Source: Octopus bimaculoides
Taxonomy: Eukaryota
Direction of reading: 5' to 3'
Length of the DNA: 63,470 bases
NCBI RefSeq assembly: GCF_001194135.2
Contig: NC_068983.1
Location: 18,334,752-18,398,221 of the forward strand
The notes below the pieces were generated by a model. It saw nothing but the letters and a program-made list of their open reading frames with translations. It did not search any database and was not told where the DNA came from. Positions 1 through 14,010 of this stretch are shown here, in pieces (positions within the stretch are counted from its first letter, which is position 1; each line of letters begins with the position of its first letter). A program made the position numbers and the translations under genes.

Positions 1-243
1 GCGATAATTTTTTGGTTCGTTTGTTTCCTCATTTTTTGGAAGCAGGAATGTTAAACCATTAACTAGCCAAGAGGGCATCAAACTAGGATTTTGCAAAACA
101 TCGTTGTAAAGTTTTGTTAGCAGTTCATGGCTTTCTGGGAAGGCATTCAACCAGAAGTTAGGAATTTTATCCTTTCCTGGAGACTTCCATTTGCTTGACC
201 TCCTGAGAGCAGATCTTATATCTTCTACCCTGACCCCCTCCCA

Positions 244-277
244 TATTATTATTATTATTATTATTATTATTTTTAAT

Positions 278-327
<50 letters not shown>

Positions 328-349
328 TATCATCATCATCATCATTATT
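244..349. repeat. (ATT)n/(ATC)n compound microsatellite
   Basis: Directly visible trinucleotide runs; source of the poly-I and poly-D/N ORFs at 167-403. Confidence 0.97.
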
Positions 350-493
350 GCATGTTATGTTCTGTGTGTATTTTTGTTTCATTATTAATAATTGTCCTAC
401 CATTCATAAGAAGTATAGCTGACGCGGTGTTTCCCGGAATGTAACGGCTATATTACACGAAGTGTACGTCGTATGTGTACTCCGTATGTGTGT

Positions 494-495
<2 letters not shown>

Positions 496-548
<53 letters not shown>

Positions 549-568
549 CTCACACACACACACACACA
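496..568. repeat. (CA)n microsatellite
   Basis: Directly visible. Confidence 0.97.
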
Positions 569-855
569 TATATGTATATATGCTCATCAATTCTTTGGAA
601 TTCTAATAATGTTTTACGGTGGCGGCATATAATTTTCCTATTAGTATCACTTGTTTTAGAAATAATAATTCTTGTTTTAATGATGCCATTCGTTCTTACA
701 GGTTTGGCTTCAATATTTTCACGGATGTATACACACATTAGTCATATTTAGTGCTTGTTAGTAGGAAAAAAATAATAGAAATAGAGAAACATGGCCGAGG
801 TGACGCGAGAGATGTATGCATGAATAGGGCGATGGATGGATAGATAGAGACAATA

Positions 856-963
<108 letters not shown>

Positions 964-1303
964 GGAGGAGGAAAGAGTGAACTATAACCGTGTGTTGGAT
1001 GTAGCAATATAAACCTTGTTAACAATATGTTGTCAATATTCATTAGACAGGTCAAAGGAAATTGAGAATGTATCATTTTGACAATAATAGTTATAATGCG
1101 TAAGTTCAATGATAAATGATAATTATGAAAAAATTGGAGTGTTTAAAATATCACCCTCTTATAGAAATATTAACTTGACATGCTGGTATGGGGATAATTC
1201 AATTTTATGAATAATAAAAAAAAAAATTCCATAAGCGATTCCCTTGTAGTTTCTTTTACGGCATTTTAATTATGAGAACAGATTTTAATCTACATGATGT
1301 GAG

Positions 1304-1327
1304 TTATTATTATTATTATTATTATTA

Positions 1328-1404
<77 letters not shown>

Positions 1405-1450
1405 TTTGTTGTTGGTGTTGTTGTTGTTGTTATTATTATCATTATTATTA
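1304..1450. repeat. (ATT)n/(GTT)n microsatellite
   Basis: Directly visible. Confidence 0.95.
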
Positions 1451-2129
1451 GTGTTGATACTACGAAACACAGAAAACGCTAGAAAGAGAAAGAAAGGGCG
1501 AGAGAAAGTGACAGAAAGTTTTTGTTGTTCTTGTGCCAATAATATGCTTTAGATCCATTACTAGAAACTTAAATATGGCATCTTATTCAAAATTCGAGCT
1601 ATCTGTATAATTATATTTATTGTTAACATGTATACAGGAAGAAATTGGAAGAAAAAAACATATCTGAAATTTTCCTTAACATTATGTTCAAAATTGTGAC
1701 AGGGCACGTGTATAACTTATATTCATGCTATCGTTTGCTTTATAAATTTACTTCGAGTGCAAAGACGTTGGTGTATTAATTTAATAAACAGCTTCAATTG
1801 TTTATACATGATAGTGACTTCACTCATATGAATCTCTTCTCCAGCCGAGTACAACAAAATATTTGGCATGGCCATTATATACAATTGTCAGATACAAGAA
1901 TAACTTAGCAGAATAAAAAAGGAAGTAGTAATACTTACGTATCAGCTCGACACAAGAACATGAGATGGTCACTGCAATAAGGGATTGCAGGGAAATAACC
2001 AATATTAAACAATAGCAAAATCAACTAGAATTATAAATATGCATATACGGTTAGTAACACAATTAATTGATGTTGTGGCTGAGGAAAGGTTAGATGGAGT
2101 GGATGAATTGTAACCATCTAAATATTGGA

Positions 2130-2640
2130 AAAATATTTACAGGTATTATGATTCGCACCAGGTATTTAAATGTCGACATTATGACTACTGTTCAATATTC
2201 CTTGAATGCTGTAAAGGGTGTAAGACGTGATATGGGAAGCTGTAAGAGAGACTGCGAAGCCATAGGCAGCAAAAAGGGATACAACAGGCAACTTGACTGT
2301 GTCAGTAGGCCACAATTAATGAACAGCGCCTCGGGTTCATTTGAGACAGCCATGCGAGGCTGCTGAAAACTGTTCTTTTCCCGGTCGGAGTGGGTTGCTG
2401 CTAGAATGTCACTTGCTCCTTTCTGTAACTCCAGAAAGAGTCACTTGTTTTTGTCGGAGGATTTTTATGACTACATCAACCCCGATTCCTGCCCTCTTAA
2501 TTCCTCCGATTACTACGTGTGGGCTGCATTTGCGAAAGACACGAAGGCCTAGATGGTGGCCAAGATCAAATTTCTGCTTAAATAGATTTCATCTACAGAA
2601 AGGAACATTTATGCCGGTCAATTTATGGAAAGCTATGCCA
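2130..2640 (+). mobile_element. Internally deleted Tc1/mariner-superfamily transposase remnant (maT/DD37D-like)
   Basis: Manual translation gives ..SLAPFCNSRKSHLFLSEDFYDYINPDSCPLNSSDYYVWAAFAKDT (about 2410-2545), resembling the SAPCHTSRKSQ..FYD..WPPNSPDxNPLDYYVW region of these transposases. ORF 2094-2366 (YLNVDIMTTV..RQLDCVSRPQ) resembles their N-terminus. Confidence 0.65.
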
Positions 2641-3696
2641 TTTAACGAAACTGAAACAAAAAAAAAAGCATCTTGCTCATAAAACTCTACCAACACTGCT
2701 CCTAGCACTAAAGGAACAATGGCCCTTATGGAGAACTGTACGAGACTAGAAATTTTTCAACAAATGCTCGAGGCAATTTCGGCAACACATATCTTGAAGA
2801 AGACATTCTCCGAGCTGCTTTCTTTTTGTCTCTGAATAATACAGACATAACGTTAAGACATAACAGAAGAATTAGTCAATCCAGATGAAGGGCTCACAAT
2901 ACAGTCGGGCATTCTAATGAGAGCTGGAGAACATCGAATATCTTTGATGAATATCTGCCACTTCTAGCAAAACAAATTGTCAAATAAACAAACGACTGTG
3001 ATTTTTCGTTTCTCAAATTAAAACATCCAATCTTGAAACCAAGCACATAGGATGAACCGAAGACATGATACTGAAGGACATCACATGGAAAGTGAAAGCC
3101 TTGTCAGACAAGTAATTCATTACATGCAATAGTCGAAGCGACGTCAGCAAATGATTTTTACATGGAACAAGGCACAGGACTGTTAGATGTAGTTCAGAGT
3201 GTTATCGAATTGCCGAAGCAGGATTTCACTTTTGATAATACGATGAAATAAAATAAACGAATTTTATACGAAGAAATCATCTAAATGGATCATACATCAA
3301 GGTACATATACCTAAAAAACTACATGGTTTAACCACGTGAATACATCGTCTTTCATAATATGGGAATTTGTTAGATGTTCTTCCGATTTAAATTATTCAA
3401 CGCCGGTGTCGGTTATACATGATTGAATTATGTAGAGCTAAAACATAAATAAACCATAAAATATATTAATGAGATAAACTATAAGATTTCCTCAGTCATT
3501 TTGATCATGAATAACAAATGAAAATATTTTCAAAAATAACTCTAATACTGATATATATATGCATACTTATATACTTACAGACACACACCCACACATACAC
3601 ACACGTACACACACACACACACACACAAACATAAGCACACTTGACATGTATGTGATTTACGTATTATATGTATATATATATACGTATCTCTCTTCC

Positions 3697-3699
<3 letters not shown>

Positions 3700-3748
<49 letters not shown>

Positions 3749-3826
3749 NNNNNNNNNNNNNNNNNNNNNNNNNNNNNNNNNNNNNNNNNNNNNNNNNNNN
3801 NNNNNNNNNNNNNNNNNNNNNNNNNN

Positions 3827-3873
<47 letters not shown>

Positions 3874-4025
3874 CCTGCTGCATATGTACACACACATATA
3901 TTACATATATATATCTCAATATACATGCATATATTAATATGCGTATATGTATATGTATATGTATATATATACACACACATACACACTCACACGCACACAC
4001 ACACACGCACACACATACAGACACA

Positions 4026-4102
<77 letters not shown>

Positions 4103-4752
4103 NNNNNNNNNNNNNNNNNNNNNNNNNNNNNNNNNNNNNNNNNNNNNNNNNNNNNNNNNNNNNNNNNNNNNNNNNNNNNNNNNNNNNNNNNNNNNNNNNN
4201 NNNNNNNNNNNNNNNNNNNNNNNNNNNNNNNNNNNNNNNNNNNNNNNNNNNNNNNNNNNNNNNNNNNNNNNNNNNNNNNNNNNNNNNNNNNNNNNNNNNN
4301 NNNNNNNNNNNNNNNNNNNNNNNNNNNNNNNNNNNNNNNNNNNNNNNNNNNNNNNNNNNNNNNNNNNNNNNNNNNNNNNNNNNNNNNNNNNNNNNNNNNN
4401 NNNNNNNNNNNNNNNNNNNNNNNNNNNNNNNNNNNNNNNNNNNNNNNNNNNNNNNNNNNNNNNNNNNNNNNNNNNNNNNNNNNNNNNNNNNNNNNNNNNN
4501 NNNNNNNNNNNNNNNNNNNNNNNNNNNNNNNNNNNNNNNNNNNNNNNNNNNNNNNNNNNNNNNNNNNNNNNNNNNNNNNNNNNNNNNNNNNNNNNNNNNN
4601 NNNNNNNNATATATATATAAGTGTGTGTATTTTGTGTATGTGTGTATGTGTCTATATGTGCTGTGTGTGTATATGTGTGTGTGCTTTATAGTGTATAAAT
4701 GTATATATAAAGCTATATTCATTATCTATCTATGTATATGCACTTACACAAG

Positions 4753-4784
<32 letters not shown>

Positions 4785-4954
4785 TGGGTGTGGGTGTGTG
4801 TGGAGAGAGAGAGAGACATGTAAATATATGTTGGTATTCATATGTATACAAGCTAGCATATAACACGCGAGCAGAAAGATAGCCCGTACATCTACATACA
4901 GGCATACATACACCCCACTTCATGCATAATATATATATGTATATATGTATATTC

Positions 4955-4989
<35 letters not shown>

Positions 4990-5039
4990 CATTCGTATGT
5001 GTGTGAGTGTGTATATATCCTTATCTATATATTTATGTG

Positions 5040-5090
<51 letters not shown>
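3700..5090. repeat. (TA)n/(CA)n/(TG)n microsatellite complex with assembly gaps (N 3749-3826, 4103-4608)
   Basis: Directly visible; source of the YI/HT/CV-repeat ORFs. Confidence 0.95.
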
Positions 5091-5093
<3 letters not shown>

Positions 5094-5702
5094 TATCTAG
5101 CACCAACGGGAAAATTTGTGTACTCTATATACCTATTAATTATTTGTATCAATGTAATTCAATATTCCATAATCTGGCAATCCATAACAATTTGTATTCA
5201 ATGTGAAACAGAATTCGTGCCGATTAACATTCATGATCTTCCTAATAGTATTATTAGGGTAAAGTAAAAACGACAGTATCACCAGGGGAATGTAATAACG
5301 TCTAGAATTCATTTCTTCGAGTTATTATTTGCTCATCTACCACTAACTATTCCTTCGTGTGTAGTTGTTCATGTAGCATGAGATCGAATTGTAGAAAGGG
5401 GTGTTATTCTGGAGAGAATGTTGTCAAGTAAATTATGCGTTATGTATTTTGCCAATTTTAGTCAGCTATAAGCAAGTCGATCCGAGTCTATTCACTATTA
5501 ATTTCATAAGACAAAATCTGCACCCAGTTTTATTCTTCTGAATATATGTGATTATATTTCAAAATATATGACAGTCTACTTTCTGTTTTTCCTTTGTGTT
5601 TTGTTTATGGTTCAAGTATATTCGTCTTAATGATAGCATTTAAGGAATAGGAGAGCAATAACGTGCACATACGTACACACGGGTATAGATATATATATAT
5701 AT

Positions 5703-6440
5703 AAAATCAAAATAAGCAACAAAGATATCCAAAGTTAATGCAGTACGATCGTGTCATGCGACTCCATTTATTTATGCAAGGTGAACATTACATCAAATGT
5801 AAAATGCAGAGCAATCCTCAGCTGCACAAAGATATAGAAATTTAGTGAAATTTCATATTTTTGTAACTACATTTAAACTCTCCAAGTAGAAAGGAAGAAT
5901 ACGACAAACCATTTTGACTTAGCTAGACCATACAGGCTAGTAATTAATTCTAAGCAGATTTTTAACTGTCACTTTTTATTTGTTTTTTGTTTCTGATTTA
6001 TGGATCATCTTATCAGACATAGTGAATAAAAGCTTAAGAGGGCACCAGCATTTTCTGTATAGGGAAAGGGGTAAACAATATAGACAGTATACATGGATGT
6101 TATGGTTATAAAGAAATTTTATAACCATATCATCCATGTATACTGTCTATATTGTTTATCCCTTTCCCTATAAAGAAAATACTAGTGCCCTCTCAAGCTT
6201 TGAATCACTATGTCTGATAAGATGATCCATAAATCAGAGACATAACAATAAATAAAATCAGTGACAGTTAAAAATCTGCTTAGAATTAATTACTAGCCTG
6301 TATGGTCCGGCGAAGTCAAAATGGTTTTTCGTATTCTTCTTTTCTTCTTGGAAAGTTTACATGTAGTTACAAAAATATGTCCTTCTGTTGAAATGAAATT
6401 TCAGTAAATTTCTATATCTTTGTTGCTTATTTTGATTTTA
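5703..6440. repeat. Large imperfect palindrome made of two head-to-head copies of a PLE terminal-repeat-like sequence
   Basis: 5826-6112 is the reverse complement of 6118-6422 around a 5-nt loop (6113-6117), with scattered mismatches and one ~16-nt indel. 5703-5728 additionally pairs with about 6415-6440. A homologous copy lies at 55.6-55.8 kb beside a PLE ORF. Confidence 0.9.
5739..5827 (-). ncRNA. Degenerate hammerhead-ribozyme-like motif (long stem II)
   Basis: Minus strand reads TGCAG-CTGAGGA-tTGC...GCAt-GACA-CGATC-GTACTGCA; homologous to 55633-55718. GAAA is changed to GACA here, so probably inactive. Confidence 0.45.
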
Positions 6441-6536
6441 ATCACCTTATTTTGGAATTGTATGGATAATACCATACTTGATTCTGGTGTCTAAACTTAA
6501 GAACCATATTCACCTTGAATCTCTCTNNNNNNNNNN

Positions 6537-6960
6537 TGTATATAGGTGCATATCGGGGTACAGGACATTGCAAACAAAACGTAGACAAGAAAATAATAGT
6601 AACCAGAGTACAGAACACACACAGGCCACATAGAGAACATTTTCCTTCATCAGCTATCCCCGTTTTAACACCGGCGTTTCGAAGAGTTGGGCAGGACGCA
6701 TCGATTAAACGGATCTTCCCATGGACCGCAAATTAAATTTGTATACACAAATTAAACCTGTTCCATGGAAGAACGTAGTGTCAGACAAAAAACAAGACAG
6801 GAAAACAAACGGAAAAGGCTATGCGGCCAGACGTGAAACATTATGTGTATATGAACGCTGTGAGGCACGAACTTGAAAGTGGGGACGAAGTAAGTTCGCG
6901 TGTTTGTTCGGCGATAGTCAAGGAAGAAAAGGATTAATGACCGGAAGCATGTGACCATGC
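6537..6960 (-). mobile_element. PLE terminal-repeat/3'UTR-like interspersed repeat
   Basis: Minus strand contains CTTCGAAAC and GATAGCTGATGAAGG..GTCCTGTACCCCGATATGCA running into TA repeats; the same motifs occur at 21790-21952 on the plus strand. PLE assignment is inferred. Confidence 0.45.
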
Positions 6961-6967
6961 AGGGGTA

Positions 6968-7020
<53 letters not shown>

Positions 7021-8631
7021 TAGAGAAGAATAGGTGAACAACGAGAGAAAGAGAGGAAGAGAGGAATATAGTAGTAAAAGAAGGAAGTACGAGGGGGGAA
7101 AGAGAGAGATATAGTAGTAACAGAAGGAAGAACGATAGGGGTAAAGAGAGATACGGAGTAGTAACAGAGGAAGAACGAGAGGGGGAAAAGTGATAGAGAA
7201 AGAGATAGAGTCGCGTCAGAAAATATACAAACATAAGAGTTTTATGCATATAAGTACATGCATATATATTAATGAAAAATCTATTGTAAATAAAATGAAA
7301 GGTAAAAATAATTATAACGTACAGGGAGTGTACAACAGGACGGGGGACAGACACATAAGGGCCCTAATTCTTCCTTGATTATCAACCAGATTGTGTTACT
7401 CAGTTTCACACTATTTTGTAGAACCTCTTCATTTGTACATACTGATTGCTGTCAGAATAAACGCACACATCCATCATCCATCGTTTGGGAAAATCTGATA
7501 CAAATGATCAATATAATATCCCACTCGTGTGTATACATTATAATATTCTAATTCCGCTTTACTGCAAAACCAGATCATATTGAAAAGTAAAGTGCAATCC
7601 CCATCTAGCCTGATTAAATGATTGAAAATTATTTCTATTGACTATAAATTACTTCTCAAAAACAGGCACTAATGCTAAAGTAAGTCAATATTTTCGCTTC
7701 CATAGGATTATGATGTTGGAGATGCAGCAGAATACGTTTAATTACTTCGTTTCCTCTGAATACATTTCAGATCAAATTCCTTCGGAATTACTGCGACGAA
7801 TGCAATGTTTTATACATACATACATGCACACATACATACATGCATACATACATACATACATACATACATACATACATACTTCACACATATACGTGTATTT
7901 AGATATATCTAATATCTATTTTTCGTGAAATTTTCAAGTGAATGGAATAAACATTTCGTAAGTTATATGGAAATAAACAATCTTCCAAATTGCAGCGGCC
8001 AAAAGTTCAGGGTCACATACAAAAAATTAACTAATAACCGAGGTGTTTTTTGTTTAGAAGACTGTTAATGGGCTAACAGTTACTTCTTATGATCTTACAT
8101 TATTGGACGTAACAACATCCGTGTTCTCGTCGGAGATCACGGATTTTGTTACGTAAGTAAGACGTTAATGTTCGAAACTGCAGTATATAGCTAATTCTTT
8201 ATTTTGTATATTCCTCATTTTGTCTTGTTCTGGTGTTTTGCGAAATTTTTCTGGAGAACATTTTTTTTTCTTTGTGGTTGGGTCGTTGATGACTTTTTAC
8301 TAGCATATTGGATGTCCGCCTAGTGGTCATCCTGTATACACGTGTAATACATTTTTTTCTGAATTTTCAGATTTTTTGTATATGCTAGGTCACTTGGTTT
8401 TAAATTGAATTGATATTCAATTTATTAACCTATGTATATAAACAATAATTTAAATAGTTATGTTCTCCAGCCGGCAACATATACTGTAGGGGAATTCTTC
8501 TCTGCAGAATTGTTTCCGGAATTTTGCGCGCCGGAGCTGAGGTATTTTGAAAAATAGCCCCAATGTCGTTGATGACCTCTTTCTAGCACATTGGATGTCT
8601 ATCTAGTGGTTAGTGGTCATTTCTAATACAC

Positions 8632-8688
<57 letters not shown>

Positions 8689-8958
8689 CACACATATATA
8701 TTGTTGTATCTGGGGAGAGTCATTCTCTTTTAATGCCTTATTCAAAACGTTCACCGATTTTGTTTCCAATTATTTACTTAAATATTTTTTCTAATTTTTT
8801 CGTAGCGTCTTCCAACCTTATCTATAGTCGTTGACTCTGTACGTTATCCGAACTGCGTTTTTGTGCGTGTTTGTGCGCATGTGTGTAGGTTTCTGTGCGT
8901 GCGCATACACATATGTATGTTTGTATGCATTTATGTGTGTACATGCATGTATGTGTGT

Positions 8959-9191
8959 TATTTCTTTACTACCCACAAGGGGCTACACACAGATGGGACA
9001 AACAAGGACAGACACACGGATTAAGTCGATTATATCGAGCCCAGTGTGTAACTGGTACTTAATTTATCGACCCCGAAAGGATGAAAGGCAGAGTCGACCT
9101 CGGCGGAATTTGAACTCAGAACGTAGCGGCAGACGAAATACTGCTAAGCATTTCGCCCAGCATGCTAACGATTCTGCCAGCTCACCGCCTT
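8959..9191 (-). mobile_element. tRNA-derived SINE, family A (AGGCGGCGAGCTGGCAGAA head), long-tail subtype
   Basis: A-box-like TGGCAGAATCG and B-box-like GAGTTCAAATTCC on the minus strand; near-identical to copies at 33099-33330 and 43364-43580. Confidence 0.92.
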
Positions 9192-9919
9192 ATACATGTA
9201 TGTGTGTGTATGCATATAAATATGTATGCGTGTATGTTTGTATGTATGTATTCTGGACATTCATGTGTTTGTGTGTTGGTGTTTGTTTTTTGTATGTGTG
9301 TGAGTGTGTGTTTGCATGTGTGCGTGCGTGTGCGTGTACCTTTGTCTCTCTGTGAGTACATGTCTGAGTAAATCCGTGTATGGTTTTTTTGCGACTGTAC
9401 TGCGTCTGTTATGCATAAATGTGTGTCTCCATTTGTGTTATTGTGTGAAGTGAAGTGTGTGTGTGTGTGTATGGGCACGTGTTTCAGTCTTCATTAGCCT
9501 ATATATGTGTGTATGTGTGTATGTGTGTTTGTTTTTATTACATATGTACCTGTCTGTATGTCTATCTGTTTACATTCATATCCATTTACCTACATACATA
9601 TGCATATGCATATACATATATGTACATATACACACACATACATACATCTACATAACAGCCCACTAACTATTCTATCCGTGTATAACAGACAGAGCCAACG
9701 ACTATTGAAAAGGTTGCTAGACGCAACGAAACGTTTAGAAAAAAATATATAAGTATATAAGTGGAAATTAAACCGGTGAGCGTTCTAAATAATAAGCACT
9801 GAATGAAAATGCCTCTCCCCTGACACAACAAAATATGCTTCAACACACGAACTCACATAAAGAATCTTGCAAACCAAATCCCAAAACGATATATATATAT
9901 ATATATTCCCGTAAAAGAC

Positions 9920-10065
9920 TGTTCTTTGAGCCACTTCCTCCACACTCACCAGATTTAGCGCCTTCAAACTATCATCTCTTCGCCGCCACGAAAGAGCGTT
10001 TGAGAGGCAAACATTATTCCAGTGACGAGGAAGTGAAAACTGTAGTGATGAAGTGGCTCAAAAAT
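9920..10065 (+). mobile_element. Mariner transposase C-terminal fragment
   Basis: ORF 9835-10089 contains PLPPHSPDLAPSNYHLFAATKERLRGKHYSSDEEVKTVVMKWL, the mariner YSPDLAPSD region. Confidence 0.88.
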
Positions 10066-10268
10066 GCGGACAGCTGGCAGAATCGTTAGGTTCATGGCAA
10101 ATTGTTTAACATTATTCTTTACGCTCTGAGATCAAATTCCGCCGCGGTCGATTTTTGTCTTTCAACATTTCGGGCTCGATAATACGAATACCAGTTGAAT
10201 ACCAGAGTTGATGTAATCCACTTACCCATCTCTGCTATTGCTGGCCTTGTACAATAATTTGAAATCAA
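10066..10268 (+). mobile_element. Degenerate family A SINE (short-tail subtype)
   Basis: GCGGACAGCTGGCAGAATCGTTAG..CTGAGATCAAATTCCGCCGCGGTCGAT..TACCAGTTG, homologous to the other family A copies. Confidence 0.8.
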
Positions 10269-11485
10269 TTTTGAATTTCTGCCGATATATATTCTAGGGT
10301 ACAAATAGGATTTTGTTGAGATCGAACTACGATATATTTTAATAAGAACTCATAATTTCCACCAAATCTTTTAAAACATAGATGAAGAGTTAATATCTCT
10401 GCACACGACGTCTCCAAAATTAAATTTCATTCATTGCCAGAATGTATTCTTTTTATGTAACATATACCCTTGAGGAAAGCCATTACAACAGATCCATAAC
10501 CAGCTACAAGCGATAAACTTATTTAGATTTTTATTCCATTCAATATCTACCTATGCAAAATTCCTTTCTCGCGACAAAACTTATAATAATAGGAATGGTA
10601 GTAGTGATGATTGTAGTAGTAGTATCATTATTATTATTTATTGTCGTAGGTGTTGGAGTAAAGCAAATCTATGCGTTTGAAATAATCGGAATAATCGGGA
10701 AATAGAATAAGTAACGAGAAACGAGTGATAATAATAGACGTGTCACATTATCAAGGAATGATAGCTTGTTATTGCTTCCATCTCTTCTGTTTTTCCTCTG
10801 AATTTTTGTCTAAGTATTTTCTTTCTCTTATCTTCCGTTTCAATTGATATGTTCACAGTAATATTTATTTCCAGTTTCTTGTAGTGTCAAATTAATAGGA
10901 TGTATAACGTTCAGTTATTGTCTCACTTTCTACAATTGAGATATGCAACTCCATAACTAGAATCTTCACTAATATATATCTCACTATTACATCGATAAAT
11001 TCCTTACTGGGCTGAATAAAGATTTTACATTAAATTTCAAATTATAGTTAACATACAGGAAAACATAATATTGTGTTAGCTGAAGACGGAAAAGTTGAAG
11101 AAAACATAAAGACGCGATGAAGAATGAAACATTTCATAAAAGTCTGAAAGCAGTTAATATTCCAGTATATTCTAGAGAAACTTGAATTATATGTAAGCGG
11201 TTTTAATGGCCCTTCTTATAGATTATTCAAAAAAAAATTAATCGGAGTTATTTAAATGAGCGTTATGGACAAATATAAAATTAAATCTCGGTTTACTTTA
11301 AAGTTCCGACAAATAAAATAAATTTCATAGAAAGCAAGAAGACCAAATGTGTACAAGTAGTCGTCACAAGCACAATAGCAAACACTGACACGTACATGAT
11401 TACGCACATTTCATATATATATATATATATATANNNNNNNNNNNNNNNNNNNNNNNNNNNNNNNNNNNNNNNNNNNNNNNNNNNN

Positions 11486-11526
<41 letters not shown>

Positions 11527-13020
11527 AAGAGAGAATTTTTAATTAAGGTACTCAGAAACCTGGATGTTTGTACATTTGCAAATGTTTATTAATGTCACAT
11601 ATTAAATGAAGCGCTTTTCAGCTAGTCGTGTAGGTTTTTTTCAAATAAAATCGTATACACATCAGCCGAGACACATATACACGCGTAAGTACTCTTCGTT
11701 AATATATGTGTATATAATTTTGCACGTTGAGTGTAAATTCGCATTGGTATTGAATATCAATAAAAATGTTTTTTAAAATATATTTCATGGTAAAATCAAT
11801 ATTTTCTAATTGTCAATCTAATTTTTCGTGAACCGTCGCATGTACACAATAGAAGTGAAAATGTATGCACGTTGTACGTGAGTATGTGCGTATGTCCATA
11901 TTTTTTTCGTCCGAAAATATTTATCTTTTACTAACTATCAGAATTGAATCAAGTCACTAGCAAAAATGAATACAGTTACTGAGGCTTGTGGATATCTGCA
12001 TTGGCTGGGGTTGTGCGTATGTGTGCGTATGGATTAATATGCACTCACGTGGTGAGTGGGAACGCTATTTTAGTTCCTAAGTGTGAGTTTCATTTCTCTC
12101 TGCTTGATATTAAACAAGATTTTCAGTGTAACGCCAAACGATTGTATTTAGAAAATGCGAATCCGTTTCTAAAGTCCTTTGCTGAAAAGCTCCAGGCTTT
12201 AGACAAACCTGTTGCAAAGTATTCACGTGAACCTGTCGTAATGATAACAAATGAAAATCTATAGCTTGGTTATAAGAGGCTCTTTTTCATAACGTTTGAA
12301 GAGACATTCACATTTTCAAGGCTGCTGGTCTTCCCAGCATTGCATGTTAATTACTCAAACACCTGCAAAATAATGTGAGCCTGTTGTACTTACACAAAAT
12401 ATACTATAGCTCCTGTGTGCATTTACAATATCATTGGATCAATCCTTCATGAGTATAGCACTGTAGACGAATTTAACCATACTATCATATCTTGTAGAAA
12501 TATTGTAACTTAGGGATATTTTTGGATATTGATGGTGATGCCGGTGATATTTTCAAAACGGCTATGAGACATGGATATCTTGTATCGCTATACAGACTCC
12601 TCGGTGTATCCTTATATCTTTCAAGGGTCAAGTATTCAGTAAACGCGTAAATTTCACGGTGTCGCGGAATGTATCTACCGCTGTTTCAGAAAAAGCTACT
12701 AACCTTGTGGTATGATAAGTATTCAATATCTCTGAATGTCAGTATATTATATAATACATAAATGCATCTCAGAGTGCACATATTTTCAGAGTTGAAACAA
12801 CTGAAGGTTAATATACGCAGTAACTTAAATCTTTTTCTTCTGTCATTTTCTATTAATATCACACTCTGTACTGATTGTTTGGTTGATATCAGAATACAGA
12901 GGGCGTTACTGAATCCACACCTTGATATTGATAGCGCACAAGTTTTATGTATATATAACTAACTATCCACACACACACACACGCACATACACACACACAT
13001 GTACACACACACACACATAT

Positions 13021-13057
<37 letters not shown>

Positions 13058-13559
13058 GGCACACACGCACACACAGACACACACACAAACACAACATACA
13101 CACATACATACGCATATATGTATGTTATATCTAAAAAGGAGAATTCAGGTAGCTTCAACAATTTAGAATAATGCAATGTATACTCAGCTATAAAACCGGT
13201 GTATGCAAATTATTAAAATATATTTAATGTATTCCTCATTGAAATATTAAAGCGCATTAAAAATTGACAGATACATAAATATACAAAATATAATAAACAT
13301 ATATGGGTAGAAAACCTATACTATATTAGCATCTTAATAGGTATATACTGAAGACATCGTCCTACTAACAGATTAAGAGTGTTGTTAAAAAGATATTAAA
13401 AAAATATATTGAAAAGGTGAATAAAGAAACGTTTGAGCATTCATATGGAGGGTAAGTTTCCCAATGAATAGATGGTGGTACTCCAATTTCAAGAATTGAG
13501 TGCTGATACTCCGACTGTCGTTTCAACGGTACATTAATCCATACAAATAAAGACTATTC

Positions 13560-14010
13560 CTATCCAAATATTAGAAATTGCCTTCTACAACAGGGAAAAT
13601 GTGTTAGTTAAGGATTCACACTTCATATACTGTCACAATATGTAAACGGGCGTTTGGCTTTATAAAGAGCCTATACACGTTAGCAGGAAGAGGAAATATT
13701 ATAGCAAGAATTGTGGGAAATAAATTCAGGACATATGGTAGATTATAAGCAAGCACTTATTTGCTAAGAGGAAGGTGAGGAGAGTGTGAGTATAAATATA
13801 AGGTGGAATGTGGCTATTTATAAAGGTGAATGATCAAACTATGCAGGTTGATCAAAATGCTTAAATGTTGGATTGTATCTATGGTTACAAGAGTACATAG
13901 TATCATAGAACTATTCAATAATGTAGAGATATATCGACGGAGAATGTTTATAGATTCTTTAATATGTTGTATACATACACGCGTAATTTTATTATACGGA
14001 GGTACTTCTG
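13560..14010 (+). pseudogene. Highly decayed PLE C-terminal (GIY-YIG-associated) coding remnant
   Basis: Fragments NCLLQQGKC, ELWEINSG and LCRLIKMLKCWIV..LFNNVE..CCIH loosely resemble the Cys/His-containing C-terminus of PLE proteins; many stops. Confidence 0.35.

Noticed and set aside
11986-12264. 92-aa ORF as a host exon
   Set aside because: Non-ATG start, no recognisable domain and no convincing splice sites; cannot be excluded without BLAST or RNA-seq.
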